Source of the DNA: Escherichia coli
Lineage (GTDB): Bacteria; Pseudomonadota; Gammaproteobacteria; Enterobacterales; Enterobacteriaceae
Assembly: GCF_044324875.1 (NCBI RefSeq)
Contig: NZ_CP172185.1
Length of the DNA: 64,000 nt
Reading direction: 5' to 3' (one strand)
Shown: piece after piece, positions 23,196-34,569 of the stretch
How the letters are laid out: each line of letters opens with the position of its first letter
Position numbering within the stretch: position 1 is the first letter of the stretch
Notes under the pieces: model-generated
What the model saw: only the letters and a program-made list of their open reading frames with translations
Told to the model about the DNA's origin: nothing
Databases searched by the model: none
Program-made: the position numbers and the translations under genes

Positions 23196-24043
23196 AAGTA
23201 CTCAACGAGCTAAGGCAGTTTTATCCTCTTGATGAGCTTCTCAGGGCTGCGGAGATACCGCGCAGTACGTTTTATTACCATCTAAAGGCTCTCAGCAAGC
23301 CTGACAAGTATGCGGACGTTAAAAAGCGTATTGGTGAGATTTATCATGAGAATAGAGGCCGATACGGATACCGTAGGGTAACGCTGTCTCTTCATCGAGA
23401 AGGGAAACAGATTAACCATAAAGCTGTTCAGCGCCTGATGGGAACCCTCTCACTTAAGGCAGCGATTAAGGTCAAGCGATACCGCTCTTACAGAGGAGAG
23501 GTAGGGCAAACCGCCCCCAATGTTCTCCAAAGAGATTTCAAGGCTACGCGGCCAAACGAGAAGTGGGTTACCGATGTTACTGAATTTGCAGTCAATGGGC
23601 GCAAGCTGTATTTGTCTCCAGTAATAGATCTCTTCAACAACGAAGTTATTTCTTACAGCCTTTCGGAAAGACCAGTGATGAACATGGTCGAGAATATGCT
23701 CGATCAGGCATTCAAAAAGCTTAATCCTCACGAGCATCCTGTTCTGCACTCTGACCAGGGATGGCAGTATCGTATGAGAAGATATCAAAATATCCTTAAA
23801 GAATATGGTATTAAACAAAGCATGTCCAGAAAAGGCAATTGTCTGGATAATGCTGTGGTGGAGTGTTTCTTTGGAACCTTAAAATCGGAGTGTTTTTATC
23901 TTGATGAGTTCAGTAATATAAGCGAACTGAAGGATGCTGTTACGGAATATATTGAATACTACAACAGCAGAAGAATTAGCCTGAAATTAAAAGGTCTGAC
24001 TCCAATTGAATATCGGAATCAGACCTATATGCCTCGTGTTTAA
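23192..24043 (+). CDS. insK: IS150 transposase OrfB (DDE domain; joined to OrfA by -1 frameshift)
   Basis: 283-aa ORF overlapping insJ by 4 bp; …[10 protein letters not shown]…[20 protein letters not shown]… integrase core. Confidence 0.92.
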   Translation: MKVLNELRQFYPLDELLRAAEIPRSTFYYHLKALSKPDKYADVKKRIGEIYHENRGRYGYRRVTLSLHREGKQINHKAVQRLMGTLSLKAAIKVKRYRSYRGEVGQTAPNVLQRDFKATRPNEKWVTDVTEFAVNGRKLYLSPVIDLFNNEVISYSLSERPVMNMVENMLDQAFKKLNPHEHPVLHSDQGWQYRMRRYQNILKEYGIKQSMSRKGNCLDNAVVECFFGTLKSECFYLDEFSNISELKDAVTEYIEYYNSRRISLKLKGLTPIEYRNQTYMPRV

Positions 24044-24144
24044 CTGTCCAACTTTTTGGGGTCAGTACAAAGTGAGGCCCCTCTATGCATAGACACCATA
24101 AGGTTAGCCTCTTACTCGTTGGAAATCAACACAGGAGGCTGGGA

Positions 24145-24297
24145 ATGCCGCAGAAATATAGATTACTTTCTTTAATAGTGATTTGTTTCACGCTTTTATT
24201 TTTCACCTGGATGGTAAGAGATTCACTGTGTGAATTGCATATTAAACAGGGAAGTTATGAGCTGGCGGCATTTTTAGCCTGCAATTTGAAAGAGTAA
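24145..24297 (+). CDS. hokA: Hok-family type I toxin (50 aa)
   Basis: MPQKYRLLSLIVICFTLLFFTWMVRDSLCELHIKQGSYELAAFLACNLKE; RBS aggag 6 nt upstream; the right end of IS150 lies about 75 bp upstream. Confidence 0.85.
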   Translation: MPQKYRLLSLIVICFTLLFFTWMVRDSLCELHIKQGSYELAAFLACNLKE

Positions 24298-24305
24298 GAG
24301 TCTTC

Positions 24306-24331
24306 GGCGGGAAGTTATTCCCGCCTTTCTT
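24306..24331 (+). terminator. rho-independent terminator after hokA
   Basis: ggcgggaagttattcccgcc followed by tttctt. Confidence 0.65.
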
Positions 24332-24455
24332 ACGGTGTTGGGTATTCTCAATGCACCCTAATTTATTTCTTTAATGAATGTTTTTTTTAAAAATACGAAT
24401 GGATTTGGCTATTAGATAAGTTTTTAATCGGGAACAGGAATGGTTCGGAGCCTTC

Positions 24456-24827
24456 ATGAATAAACTGCTTTTACTGTTGATAATGCTCTATCAACGACAT
24501 CTTTCTCCTCGCAAAGGATACCGCTGTGCTTACAGTGTGTTGTACCAAACGCAGGGATGTTCGGGAGCAGTCAAAGAGATTATTCAACAGAAAGGTGTTA
24601 TTGCAGGCTGGGGCGAGATACGTCAGCGTTTTGCAGATTGCCGACTTGCGGCACAGACAATCAGGCAGAAGCAACACCTGAACGAGGTAATACGTAAAAA
24701 GAAGAATAATAATTGTGATTGTTCCGGGTGCGATGGTGCGGTCTGTCGTGATTGCGACATTCCGGTGCCGGATCTGGATTGTTCCTGGGACTGTTCTTCT
24801 CTACATATAAAGCGTTTTTTCCAATAA
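24456..24827 (+). CDS. YidD-like (PF01809-type) small protein with a cysteine-rich C-terminal tail, 123 aa
   Basis: ORF with ggag 5 nt before ATG; N-terminal half aligns by eye with E. coli YidD (YQRhLSP..G.rC.Y…GCSgA…GVIaGW…R…C); C-terminal 30 aa carry 7 Cys (CDCSGCDGAVCRDCD…DCSWDC); ends at the cspA terminator hairpin. AT-rich, uses rare codons. Not verified by search. Confidence 0.5.
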   Translation: MNKLLLLLIMLYQRHLSPRKGYRCAYSVLYQTQGCSGAVKEIIQQKGVIAGWGEIRQRFADCRLAAQTIRQKQHLNEVIRKKKNNNCDCSGCDGAVCRDCDIPVPDLDCSWDCSSLHIKRFFQ

Positions 24828-24880
24828 AAAAATCCCCGCCAAATGGCAGGGATCTTAGATTCTGTGCTTTTAAGCAGAGA

Positions 24881-25093
24881 TTACAGGCTGGTTACGTTAC
24901 CAGCTGCCGGGCCTTTAGCGCCGCTTTCGATGGTGAAGGACACTTTCTGACCTTCGTCCAGAGATTTGTAACCATCGTTCTGGATAGCAGAGAAGTGTAC
25001 GAACACGTCTTTAGAGCCATCGTCAGGAGTGATGAAGCCGAAGCCTTTGTCAGCGTTGAACCATTTTACGATACCAGTCATTTTACCGGACAT
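24881..25093 (-). CDS. cspA: major cold-shock protein CspA
   Basis: 70-aa [73 protein letters not shown]; terminator hairpin plus U-run immediately downstream (24822..24857, minus strand). Confidence 0.97.
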
Positions 25094-25252
25094 AGTGTAT
25101 TACCTTTAATAATTAAGTGTGCCTTTCGGCGATATGGCGTGCTTTACAGATTTTGAAGCGTTAAAGGAATGTGCACTACGAGGGGTATCAACGATAACTC
25201 TTGAAGGGACTTGCCTTACTACACTGCTTTAATGGTCTGTACGTCAAACCGT
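25094..25252 (-). promoter_or_regulatory. cspA long 5' untranslated leader
   Basis: Non-coding stretch upstream of cspA; the E. coli cspA mRNA is known to have a leader of about 160 nt that acts as an RNA thermosensor. Boundary inferred from that, not measured. Confidence 0.45.
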
Positions 25253-25373
25253 TGATGTGCATTAAGCCACGCATTGGCGGGTGATGCAACAATTATTTTT
25301 CATATTTATGATTAATCGGTTGGAAAACGGTCCTGTCATCAGGACCGTAAACAGCAATAAAGTGGATAAAAGT

Positions 25374-25664
25374 CTATTCCATCAACTGCTTACTTAATGC
25401 CGGGTTGGCTTGAATCAAACGCATCAATTTTAGTTCGGCACTTGAAGGCTTCACGCGTCTGGATTCCCATTCCTTTACCATGGCGACTGATACGCCCAAA
25501 ACCCGGGCGAAATCATCGATTTTTAACCCTGTCCCTTTTCGTAACTGCTCAATTTCGGTACAGGACGTTGTTCTGTGCGTCAGGGTAATTTTCTGCGTTT
25601 CATCTTTAAAAACAATCTGTTCCAGGCTGCTCAACAGCTCATGCATTGGATCTTTATATTCCAT
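25374..25664 (-). CDS. yiaG: XRE-family HTH transcriptional regulator
   Basis: 96-aa ORF with HTH (…IDDFARVLGVSVAMVKEWESRRVKPSSAELKLMRL…). Confidence 0.85.
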   Translation of the reverse strand: MEYKDPMHELLSSLEQIVFKDETQKITLTHRTTSCTEIEQLRKGTGLKIDDFARVLGVSVAMVKEWESRRVKPSSAELKLMRLIQANPALSKQLME

Positions 25665-26097
25665 TGAAAACTCCTCAAATCACACTGCGGGATCGTGAAT
25701 TGCATCGAAGCTCATTAAGAATAGTCGGGAAAAACAGACACAGCGGGGTGAAGTCAGGGCATGCTCTGGCTATGATTCGATTCAGCCACTCATTTAGCGT
25801 GACTTATAGCCACCTAACGATCTGATAAATGCCGATATATCTCTTACCACTCCCGGTTTGTAAAGATTTCGAAAATCTAACGTTCTGAGAAGGCGTAAAT
25901 CTCTGGCTACAAAAAAAGCAACGTCACTATCATTTTTTAACAATGAAACAACAAATTAACCTTGTTTCATTTTCTCCATGATTTTACCAGGAAGATTACG
26001 TAGAAAGGGTATCCTGCAAGCCTGTCCTGGACTATCCTTGTCACGTCAGACACGCGTGTGTCGTTGTGCGCTTTTTTTGGGTGAAAGGAGTAAGAAA

Positions 26098-26808
26098 ATG
26101 GCGACAGGAAAGTCCTGCTCTCGCTGGTTTGCGTCTCTTGCGGCGTTATTAATGGTAGTTAGCCTGAGTGGGTGTTTTGATAAAGAAGGCGATCAGCGTA
26201 AAGCGTTTATCGACTTCCTGCAGAATACAGTGATGCGTAGCGGTGAACGTCTACCTACCCTGACTGCCGATCAGAAAAAACAGTTTGGTCCTTTTGTCTC
26301 TGATTACGCGATTCTGTATGGTTATTCTCAGCAGGTGAATCAGGCGATGGATTCCGGTCTGCGCCCGGTTGTAGACAGCGTTAACGCAATTCGCGTACCG
26401 CAGGATTACGTTACGCAAAGCGGCCCACTGCGTGAAATGAACGGTTCTCTGGGCGTACTGGCGCAACAGCTGCAAAATGCGAAGTTGCAGGCCGATGCTG
26501 CGCACTCTGCGCTAAAACAGAGCGATGACCTGAAACCGGTCTTCGATCAGGCATTCACCAAAGTGGTAACGACGCCAGCTGATGCGTTGCAACCATTGAT
26601 TCCGGCGGCACAAACTTTCACGCAACAACTGGTGATGGTTGGAGACTACATTGCTCAGCAAGGTACTCAGGTGAGCTTTGTCGCAAATGGCATCCAGTTC
26701 CCGACTTCGCAGCAGGCAAGTGAATATAACAAACTGATTGCGCCATTACCGGCACAGCATCAGGCGTTTAATCAGGCCTGGACTACAGCAGTTACTGCAA
26801 CCCAATAA
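26098..26808 (+). CDS. yiaF: DUF3053 lipoprotein
   Basis: ORF 25978..26808; Met at 26098 gives 236 aa with signal and lipobox (…LMVVSLSGCFDKEG…). Confidence 0.8.
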   Translation: MATGKSCSRWFASLAALLMVVSLSGCFDKEGDQRKAFIDFLQNTVMRSGERLPTLTADQKKQFGPFVSDYAILYGYSQQVNQAMDSGLRPVVDSVNAIRVPQDYVTQSGPLREMNGSLGVLAQQLQNAKLQADAAHSALKQSDDLKPVFDQAFTKVVTTPADALQPLIPAAQTFTQQLVMVGDYIAQQGTQVSFVANGIQFPTSQQASEYNKLIAPLPAQHQAFNQAWTTAVTATQ

Positions 26809-26857
26809 AGAGTAAAAGCCCGAGCGATTATCGGGCTTTACTCCACGCAGTCGCGGC

Positions 26858-27832
26858 TTAGTCCGCGACGTGCGGATTCACACAGTTCTTCTCAACCTTT
26901 CCTTGTAACGCATCAATCAAGTTATCCACGGCACAGGCGGCCATGCCATAACGCGTCTCATGAGTGGCAGATCCAATATGCGGTACTGCGACGACGTTGG
27001 CCATTGAGAGCAACGGCGAATCTACGGATAGTGGCTCTTGTTCGAAGACATCCAGCCCGGCAGCGTGAATTTCCCCTTTCTGCAATGCAGCAATCAGTGC
27101 ATTTTCATCAACCACCGGGCCACGTCCGGCATTAATGAATATGGCGGAGGATTTCATTTTGGCGAATTGTTCTGCGCCAAACAGATGATGCGTTTCATCA
27201 GTTAACGGCAGGATCAGGCAAACGAAATCTGACTCTTGTAACAGTGTATCCAAATCGCAGTAGCGGGCGTTGAAGCGTTCTTCTGCTTCTTTATGGTGGC
27301 GGCGCGCGTTATAGAGGATGGGCATATTGAAGCCAAAGTGCGCACGTTGTGCCAGCGCCATGCCGATCCGTCCCATCCCGACAATGCCCAGTGTTTTATG
27401 GTGAACGTCAGTGCCGTACCAGTCCGGGCCTATGCTCGCGGTCCATTCGCCTGCTTTTACTCGTTCTGCTACCTCCACAACCCGACGAGCGGTAGACAAC
27501 ACCAGCGCCATCAGCGTATCGGCGACGGTTTCTGTTAATACGGTTGGCGTGTGCATCAGCAGAATTTTTCGGGCGGTAAGCGCATCGACATCAAAATTGT
27601 CATAGCCTACGGAGATCGTTGATGTGGCACGCAGTTTCGGCATTTTTTCCAGCAATGCGGCATCAACATTCTCGTTTGAACCCAGTAAACCTTCAGCTTC
27701 GGCAAAAATTGCTGCATTTTGTTCGACGGTTTGTGGGCTGAGGTTTGCCACCTGGTGAACGGTGAAATGCTCTTGCAGGCGTTGCAGTAAATCATCAGGT
27801 AAGGCTTTGTAGAGGATAACGGACGGCTTCAT
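26858..27832 (-). CDS. ghrB: glyoxylate/hydroxypyruvate reductase B (2-ketogluconate reductase)
   Basis: 324 aa from [23 protein letters not shown]…; D-2-hydroxyacid dehydrogenase NAD-binding motif GIVGMGRIG. Confidence 0.92.
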   Translation of the reverse strand: MKPSVILYKALPDDLLQRLQEHFTVHQVANLSPQTVEQNAAIFAEAEGLLGSNENVDAALLEKMPKLRATSTISVGYDNFDVDALTARKILLMHTPTVLTETVADTLMALVLSTARRVVEVAERVKAGEWTASIGPDWYGTDVHHKTLGIVGMGRIGMALAQRAHFGFNMPILYNARRHHKEAEERFNARYCDLDTLLQESDFVCLILPLTDETHHLFGAEQFAKMKSSAIFINAGRGPVVDENALIAALQKGEIHAAGLDVFEQEPLSVDSPLLSMANVVAVPHIGSATHETRYGMAACAVDNLIDALQGKVEKNCVNPHVAD

Positions 27833-27935
27833 TCTTCTCTCCATTCACTGATAAGGCGATCACCTTAGCCTGAAATATGATGAAGGAAAACTGAAGAATG
27901 CCAGGTGATTTTTGCATCACCTGGCATGAAAGGGA

Positions 27936-28595
27936 TTACAGCGGGCTTAAGGTAATTTCTACACGGCGGTTTTGCGCCTTACCTTCTGCGGTGCTGTTGC
28001 TGGCGATTGGGTTAGCCGGGCCAAGGCCCTGAGTACGGATGCGGCTGGCGTCCACGCCCTGGGTGATCAACGCGCTGGCAACGGAATCCGCACGCTGCTG
28101 GGAGAGACGCATGTTCAGGTCGTGACCACCCGTGCTGTCGGTATAACCAATCACGTTAACCGCCGTTTTCGGATACTCTTTCAGTACCATTGCCACGCCG
28201 GTCAGGGTGTTAGCGCCCGCCGGTTTCAGGGTTGCGCTGCTGCTGTCGAAGGTCACATTGTTCGGCATATTGAGGATAATGTTATCCCCGCTGCGGGTTA
28301 CGCTAACACCAGTGCCGCGCATTTTGTCACGTAGCTTCGCTTCCTGCACATCCATGTAATAACCAACGCCGCCGCCCAGAGCTGCACCCGCTGCTGCGCC
28401 AATCAGCGCGCCTTTACCGCGATCTTTCTTCGAAGAAGAGAGCGCACCAATACCCGCGCCAACGAGAGAGCCCAGACCTGCGCCGATAGCAGATTTACCT
28501 GCTTCGCGTTCGCCGGTGTAAGGGTTAGTTGTACAGCCAGATACCGCCAGAGCGCCACTCACTACGGCGGCAATAAGATAAACACGTTTCTTCAT
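27936..28595 (-). CDS. yiaD: OmpA-family lipoprotein
   Basis: 219-aa ORF with lipobox (…LAVSGCTTNPYTGE…), Gly-rich linker and C-terminal OmpA-like domain (…NRRVEITLSPL). Confidence 0.9.
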   Translation of the reverse strand: MKKRVYLIAAVVSGALAVSGCTTNPYTGEREAGKSAIGAGLGSLVGAGIGALSSSKKDRGKGALIGAAAGAALGGGVGYYMDVQEAKLRDKMRGTGVSVTRSGDNIILNMPNNVTFDSSSATLKPAGANTLTGVAMVLKEYPKTAVNVIGYTDSTGGHDLNMRLSQQRADSVASALITQGVDASRIRTQGLGPANPIASNSTAEGKAQNRRVEITLSPL

Positions 28596-28747
28596 TGTTA
28601 ATCCTTAATAACCTTTTTATTCTTTGCCACGGGTTCCGTGGCGGGAGATTATGCCGCGTGAACATGAAGATTATTCCTGGGAATACTCGGAAATTTGTAA
28701 GTAATATTTAACTGCTCAATACATTTAACCTTTCAGGAGCCTTCGGT

Positions 28748-31081
28748 TTGGCCAACTCATCCTCACGATATTCCGTTCTGACTGCCGCCCACTGGGGGCC
28801 CATGCTGGTTGAAACCGACGGCGAAACCGTGTTTAGCTCGCGTGGCGCGTTAGCCACAGGAATGGAAAACTCCTTGCAGAGCGCGGTTCGCGACCAGGTT
28901 CACAGTAATACGCGGGTGCGATTTCCAATGGTGCGCAAAGGCTTTCTTGCGTCACCGGAAAATCCGCAAGGCATTCGTGGGCAGGATGAATTTGTTCGCG
29001 TGAGTTGGGATGAGGCGCTGGATCTCATCCATCATCAACATAAACGTATTCGTGAGGCTTATGGTCCGGCGTCGATTTTTGCGGGTTCCTACGGCTGGCG
29101 TTCAAACGGCGTGCTGCATAAGGCCTCGACATTATTACAACGCTATATGGCGCTGGCAGGCGGTTATACCGGGCATCTGGGGGATTATTCGACCGGTGCA
29201 GCACAGGCGATCATGCCGTATGTCGTGGGGGGCAGCGAAGTTTATCAACAGCAAACCAGTTGGCCGCTGGTGCTGGAACATAGCGATGTTGTGGTGCTGT
29301 GGAGTGCTAATCCACTCAATACGCTGAAAATTGCGTGGAATGCATCCGATGAGCAGGGGCTTTCTTACTTTTCCGCACTGCGTGACAGCGGGAAAAAGCT
29401 GATCTGCATTGATCCAATGCGATCGGAAACCGTCGATTTCTTTGGCGATAAAATGGAGTGGGTGGCACCGCACATGGGCACCGATGTTGCGCTGATGCTG
29501 GGGATCGCCCATACGCTGGTGGAAAATGGCTGGCACGACGAAGCGTTTCTGACGCGTTGCACCACAGGTTATGACGTCTTCGCCTCTTATTTGCTGGGCG
29601 AGAGCGACGGAATAGCGAAAACCGCCGAATGGGCGGCAGAGATTTGTGGTGTTGGCGCAGCGAAAATCCGCGAACTGGCGGCTCTTTTCTACCAAAATAC
29701 AACCATGCTGATGGCTGGCTGGGGAATGCAGCGCCAACAGTTTGGTGAGCAAAAACACTGGATGATCGTCACGCTGGCGGCAATGTTGGGGCAAATCGGC
29801 ACACCCGGCGGCGGTTTTGGACTTTCTTACCATTTTGCCAATGGTGGTAACCCCACGCGCCGCGCTGCGGTGCTCTCTTCCATGCAGGGCAGCTTGCCTG
29901 GCTGCACCGATGCGGTAGATAAAATCCCTGTTGCCCGCATTGTTGAAGCACTGGAAAACCCTGGTGGCGCATATCAACACAACGGTATGAACCGACATTT
30001 CCCGGATATTCGTTTTATCTGGTGGGCGGGCGGTGCCAACTTTACTCATCATCAGGATACCAATCGCCTGATCCGTGCCTGGCAAAAACCGGAGCTGGTG
30101 GTGATCTCTGAATGCTTCTGGACGGCGGCGGCGAAACACGCGGATATCGTTCTGCCTGCGACCACTTCGTTTGAGCGTAATGATCTCACCATGACCGGCG
30201 ATTACAGCAATCAGCATCTGGTGCCGATGAAACAAGTGGTGCCGCCACGTTATGAAGCGCGTAATGATTTTGATGTCTTTGCCGAGTTGAGTGAACGTTG
30301 GGAGAAGGGCGGCTATGCGCGGTTTACGGAAGGAAAAAGTGAGCTGCAATGGCTGGAAACGTTTTATAACGTTGCCCGGCAACGCGGGGCAAGCCAGCAG
30401 GTTGAATTGCCGCCATTTGCTGAGTTCTGGCAAGCCAACCAGTTAATTGAGATGCCGGAAAACCCGGACAGCGAGCGGTTTATTCGCTTCGCCGATTTTC
30501 GCCGCGATCCGCAGGCGCATCCATTAAAAACCGCCAGCGGTAAGATTGAAATATTCTCGCAGCGTATTGCCGATTATGGTTACCAGGATTGCCCTGGGCA
30601 TCCGATGTGGCTGGAGCCGGATGAGTGGCAGGGCAATGCCGAACCAGAACAGTTGCAGGTACTTTCTGCTCATCCGGCACATCGTCTGCACAGCCAGCTG
30701 AATTACAGTTCTCTGCGCGAATTGTACGCGGTGGCAAATCGTGAGCCTGTCACCATTCATCCTGACGATGCCCAGGCGCGCGGCATACAAGATGGCGATA
30801 TTGTTCGGTTGTGGAACGCACGCGGGCAAATTCTTGCCGGAGCGGTCATTAGCGAGGGAATTAAACCTGGCGTGATTTGTATTCATGAAGGGGCATGGCC
30901 GGATCTGGATTTAACCGCTGACGGTATTTGTAAAAACGGCGCGGTGAACGTTCTGACCAAAGATCTCCCCAGCTCGCGGCTGGGGAATGGCTGTGCGGGT
31001 AATACGGCACTGGCATGGCTGGAAAAATACAACGGTCCGGAACTGACACTTACAGCGTTTGAACCACCGGCCAGCTCATAA
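28748..31081 (+). CDS. bisC: biotin sulfoxide reductase (molybdopterin oxidoreductase)
   Basis: 777-aa ORF with TTG start and RBS aggag 8 nt upstream; DMSO-reductase-family motifs; recognised as BisC. Confidence 0.9.
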   Translation: MANSSSRYSVLTAAHWGPMLVETDGETVFSSRGALATGMENSLQSAVRDQVHSNTRVRFPMVRKGFLASPENPQGIRGQDEFVRVSWDEALDLIHHQHKRIREAYGPASIFAGSYGWRSNGVLHKASTLLQRYMALAGGYTGHLGDYSTGAAQAIMPYVVGGSEVYQQQTSWPLVLEHSDVVVLWSANPLNTLKIAWNASDEQGLSYFSALRDSGKKLICIDPMRSETVDFFGDKMEWVAPHMGTDVALMLGIAHTLVENGWHDEAFLTRCTTGYDVFASYLLGESDGIAKTAEWAAEICGVGAAKIRELAALFYQNTTMLMAGWGMQRQQFGEQKHWMIVTLAAMLGQIGTPGGGFGLSYHFANGGNPTRRAAVLSSMQGSLPGCTDAVDKIPVARIVEALENPGGAYQHNGMNRHFPDIRFIWWAGGANFTHHQDTNRLIRAWQKPELVVISECFWTAAAKHADIVLPATTSFERNDLTMTGDYSNQHLVPMKQVVPPRYEARNDFDVFAELSERWEKGGYARFTEGKSELQWLETFYNVARQRGASQQVELPPFAEFWQANQLIEMPENPDSERFIRFADFRRDPQAHPLKTASGKIEIFSQRIADYGYQDCPGHPMWLEPDEWQGNAEPEQLQVLSAHPAHRLHSQLNYSSLRELYAVANREPVTIHPDDAQARGIQDGDIVRLWNARGQILAGAVISEGIKPGVICIHEGAWPDLDLTADGICKNGAVNVLTKDLPSSRLGNGCAGNTALAWLEKYNGPELTLTAFEPPASS

Positions 31082-31490
31082 TCCAGGTGGGTAGTTGGGT
31101 TTCATCCTGCCATGCGCAGTCGACAATGTGAAAACCCTGCGCATGGTAAAAATCTATCGCCGGTTGATTTTTTTGATAAACCTCCAGCATCAGATGGGGA
31201 TGGCGCTGCTGCACATACTGCATTAGCGCCTTACCAATACCGCGTCTGACGGCCTTCGGTGCGACAAACATTGCAGCCAGAAATCGGCCTTCCATAATGC
31301 TGACAAAACCGAGAAGCTTACCGTCTTCTTCCCAGACCCAGTTTTGCGCGTTGGCAAGATAGGCATCCCGCACCAGCGGAATGCAATCACGCCAGTAATT
31401 CGCTTTTATAAAGGGATGCCCCCAGGTTGTACTTTCCAGCCACAGTTCGAGGATCGCGGGGAGTTCTGAACGTTGCGCTTCCCGAATCAT
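31050..31490 (-). CDS. yiaC: GNAT-family N-acetyltransferase
   Basis: 146-aa [30 protein letters not shown]…; 3' end overlaps the 3' end of bisC by 32 bp (convergent); 4-bp overlap with tag. Confidence 0.88.
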   Translation of the reverse strand: MIREAQRSELPAILELWLESTTWGHPFIKANYWRDCIPLVRDAYLANAQNWVWEEDGKLLGFVSIMEGRFLAAMFVAPKAVRRGIGKALMQYVQQRHPHLMLEVYQKNQPAIDFYHAQGFHIVDCAWQDETQLPTWIMSWPVVQTL

Positions 31491-32050
31491 GGTTTATTTC
31501 CCGGATAGCAACAGCAGCCAACCACATGATCATTCACCAGCCCACATGCCTGCATAAAGGAGTAACAGATTGTGGTACCAACAAACTTAAAACCACGCTT
31601 TTTCAGGGCTTTAGATAGAGCGTCGGAGGCGGGCGTAGATGTAGGGATTTCGCTCAACGTTGTGGCTTGTGTCACCTGTGGTTGATGATTGACAAACGAC
31701 CAGACAAAGTCGGCAAACGGTTCGCCGTTCTGTTCCATTTGCAGGTACGCCCGCGCATTACCAATAATTGCCTGAATTTTCCCGCGATGGCGGATAATCC
31801 CGGCGTCCTGTACCAGTCTTTCGACATCCTCTTCCTGCATTGCAGCCACCTTCACCGGATCGAACTGATGAAAGCTGGCGCGATAGTTTTCGCGTTTTTT
31901 GAGGACGGTGATCCACGATAATCCAGCCTGCTGCCCTTCAAGGCAGATCATTTCGAACAGTTTTTTACTGTCAGTTTCAGGCACGCCCCATTCATTATCA
32001 TGGTAGGCAATATAAAGCGGGTCCTGACTCACCCAGCCGCAACGTTCCAT
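31487..32050 (-). CDS. tag: 3-methyladenine DNA glycosylase I
   Basis: ORF 31487..32287; Met at 32050 gives 187 aa MERCGWVSQDPLYIAYHDNEWGVPETDSKKLFEMICLEGQQAGLSW… recognised as Tag. Confidence 0.93.
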   Translation of the reverse strand: MERCGWVSQDPLYIAYHDNEWGVPETDSKKLFEMICLEGQQAGLSWITVLKKRENYRASFHQFDPVKVAAMQEEDVERLVQDAGIIRHRGKIQAIIGNARAYLQMEQNGEPFADFVWSFVNHQPQVTQATTLSEIPTSTPASDALSKALKKRGFKFVGTTICYSFMQACGLVNDHVVGCCCYPGNKP

Positions 32051-33287
32051 ACTTTCCCTCGCTATGTACCCGATCGTAAAAATTTCAGCAGCTTTTCTTG
32101 ACGCATCGGTGAAAAAGTCAATATTTAATACAGGGCTACTATGCCCGATATCCTTCATACAATGACAATAATATTGCCGAATTCGGCTCTTCCCTGGAGT
32201 CGTGTTAATGATCATAAAAAAAAGCGGTGGTCGCTGGCAGCTAAGCCTGCTGGTGAGCGTGGTAATCAGTGCCTTTTTTCTCAACACAGCTTACGCCTGG
32301 CAACAAGAATATATCGTTGATACGCAACCCGGACATTCCACAGAGCGTTACACCTGGGATAGCGATCATCAACCTGATTACAACGATATTTTGTCGCAAC
32401 GTATTCAAAGTAGCCAAAGGGCGCTGGGACTGGAAGTCAATCTGGCGGAAGAAACCCCTGTGGATGTGACCAGCAGTATGAGTATGGGCTGGAATTTTCC
32501 TTTATATGAACAGGTTACAACCGGCCCGGTCGCGGCATTACATTACGATGGCACAACCACCTCGATGTATAACGAGTTTGGCGACAGTACTACCACGCTA
32601 GCCGATCCGTTATGGCATGCCAGCGTGAGTACCTTAGGCTGGCGTGTTGACTCCCGGCTTGGCGATCTCCGACCCTGGGCGCAAATCAGCTATAACCAGC
32701 AATTTGGCGAGAATATCTGGAAGGCGCAATCAGGCCTGAGCCGGATGACGGCGACAATGAACTGCACCCCAAATGTTGGACATAATCTGACATCTGAAGG
32801 TGCAGTTTATGAAACATTCATTTGAAGTAAAACTTGCCGCTGTAAATCACTACCTGGCTGGTCATGCAGGCATCATTTCTACGGCAAAACTCTTTCAACT
32901 TTCTCACACCAGCCTCTCACACTGGATTAATCTTTTTCTTCTTCACGGTCCTCGGGCACTGGATTGCAGACACAAGCGTAGCTATTCTCCTGAAGATAAA
33001 CTTTGCGTGGTTCTTTATGCTCTCGGGCATTCTGAGTCTCTACCCCGGGTAGCTGCCCGGTTTAACATTCCCAGCCACAACACGGTTAAAAACTGGATAA
33101 AAGGCTACCGCAAATCTGGTAATGAGGCCTTTATCAGGCGCTGGAAGGAGAAAAGCATGACCCGTTCTGATGATACCCATGAAAACGAGGCAAACATGAC
33201 GCCGGAAGAGATGAAGAATGAGCTGCGTTATCTTCGCGCAGAAAATGCATATCTGAAAGCCATGCAGGAGCATCTCCTGGAAAAAAA

Positions 33288-34189
<902 letters not shown>

Positions 34190-34569
34190 CAAACCAGAAC
34201 GGCAACTGGCTGGATGTCACCGTAGGCGCTGATATGTTGCTCAATCAAAATATTGCTGCCTATGCTGCGCTATCTCAGGCAGAAAATACCACTAACAATA
34301 GCGACTATCTGTATACGATGGGGGTTAGTGCCAGATTTTAACGTTATAGATACAATTGAAACCATTGAATAACAACAGTTGTGGCGATAGTGGGTGCTAA
34401 CTTACTAAATAATAAATTTGGTGAATAATTGTCGAGTCATTCATTCCTGAACTAATGCATTTCATTCCGTTCTGATGGCATTTCATGCCGTTTTTCCCCA
34501 GGCATAAAGTGCACTTCGTTATGGTTGTCAGCAGAGATTTTTCCTTTTTATTACTGCAGGAATACTGCC

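Larger units (their letters stand above)
22627..24069 (+). mobile_element. IS150 (IS3 family), complete copy, 1443 bp
   Basis: Terminal inverted repeats tgtactgcacccattttgttggac (22627…) and gtccaactttttggggtcagtaca (…24069); 3-bp direct repeat AAG on both flanks (22624..22626 and 24070..24072); two transposase ORFs inside. Confidence 0.92.

Noticed and set aside
29135-30433. 432-aa minus-strand ORF inside bisC
   Set aside because: Antisense to a well-supported 777-aa molybdoenzyme gene; composition (R/H/C-rich) and lack of start context indicate a shadow ORF.
31050-31081. 32-bp convergent overlap of the bisC and yiaC 3' ends
   Set aside because: Real but ordinary tail-to-tail overlap; no evidence of a regulatory or novel function from sequence alone.
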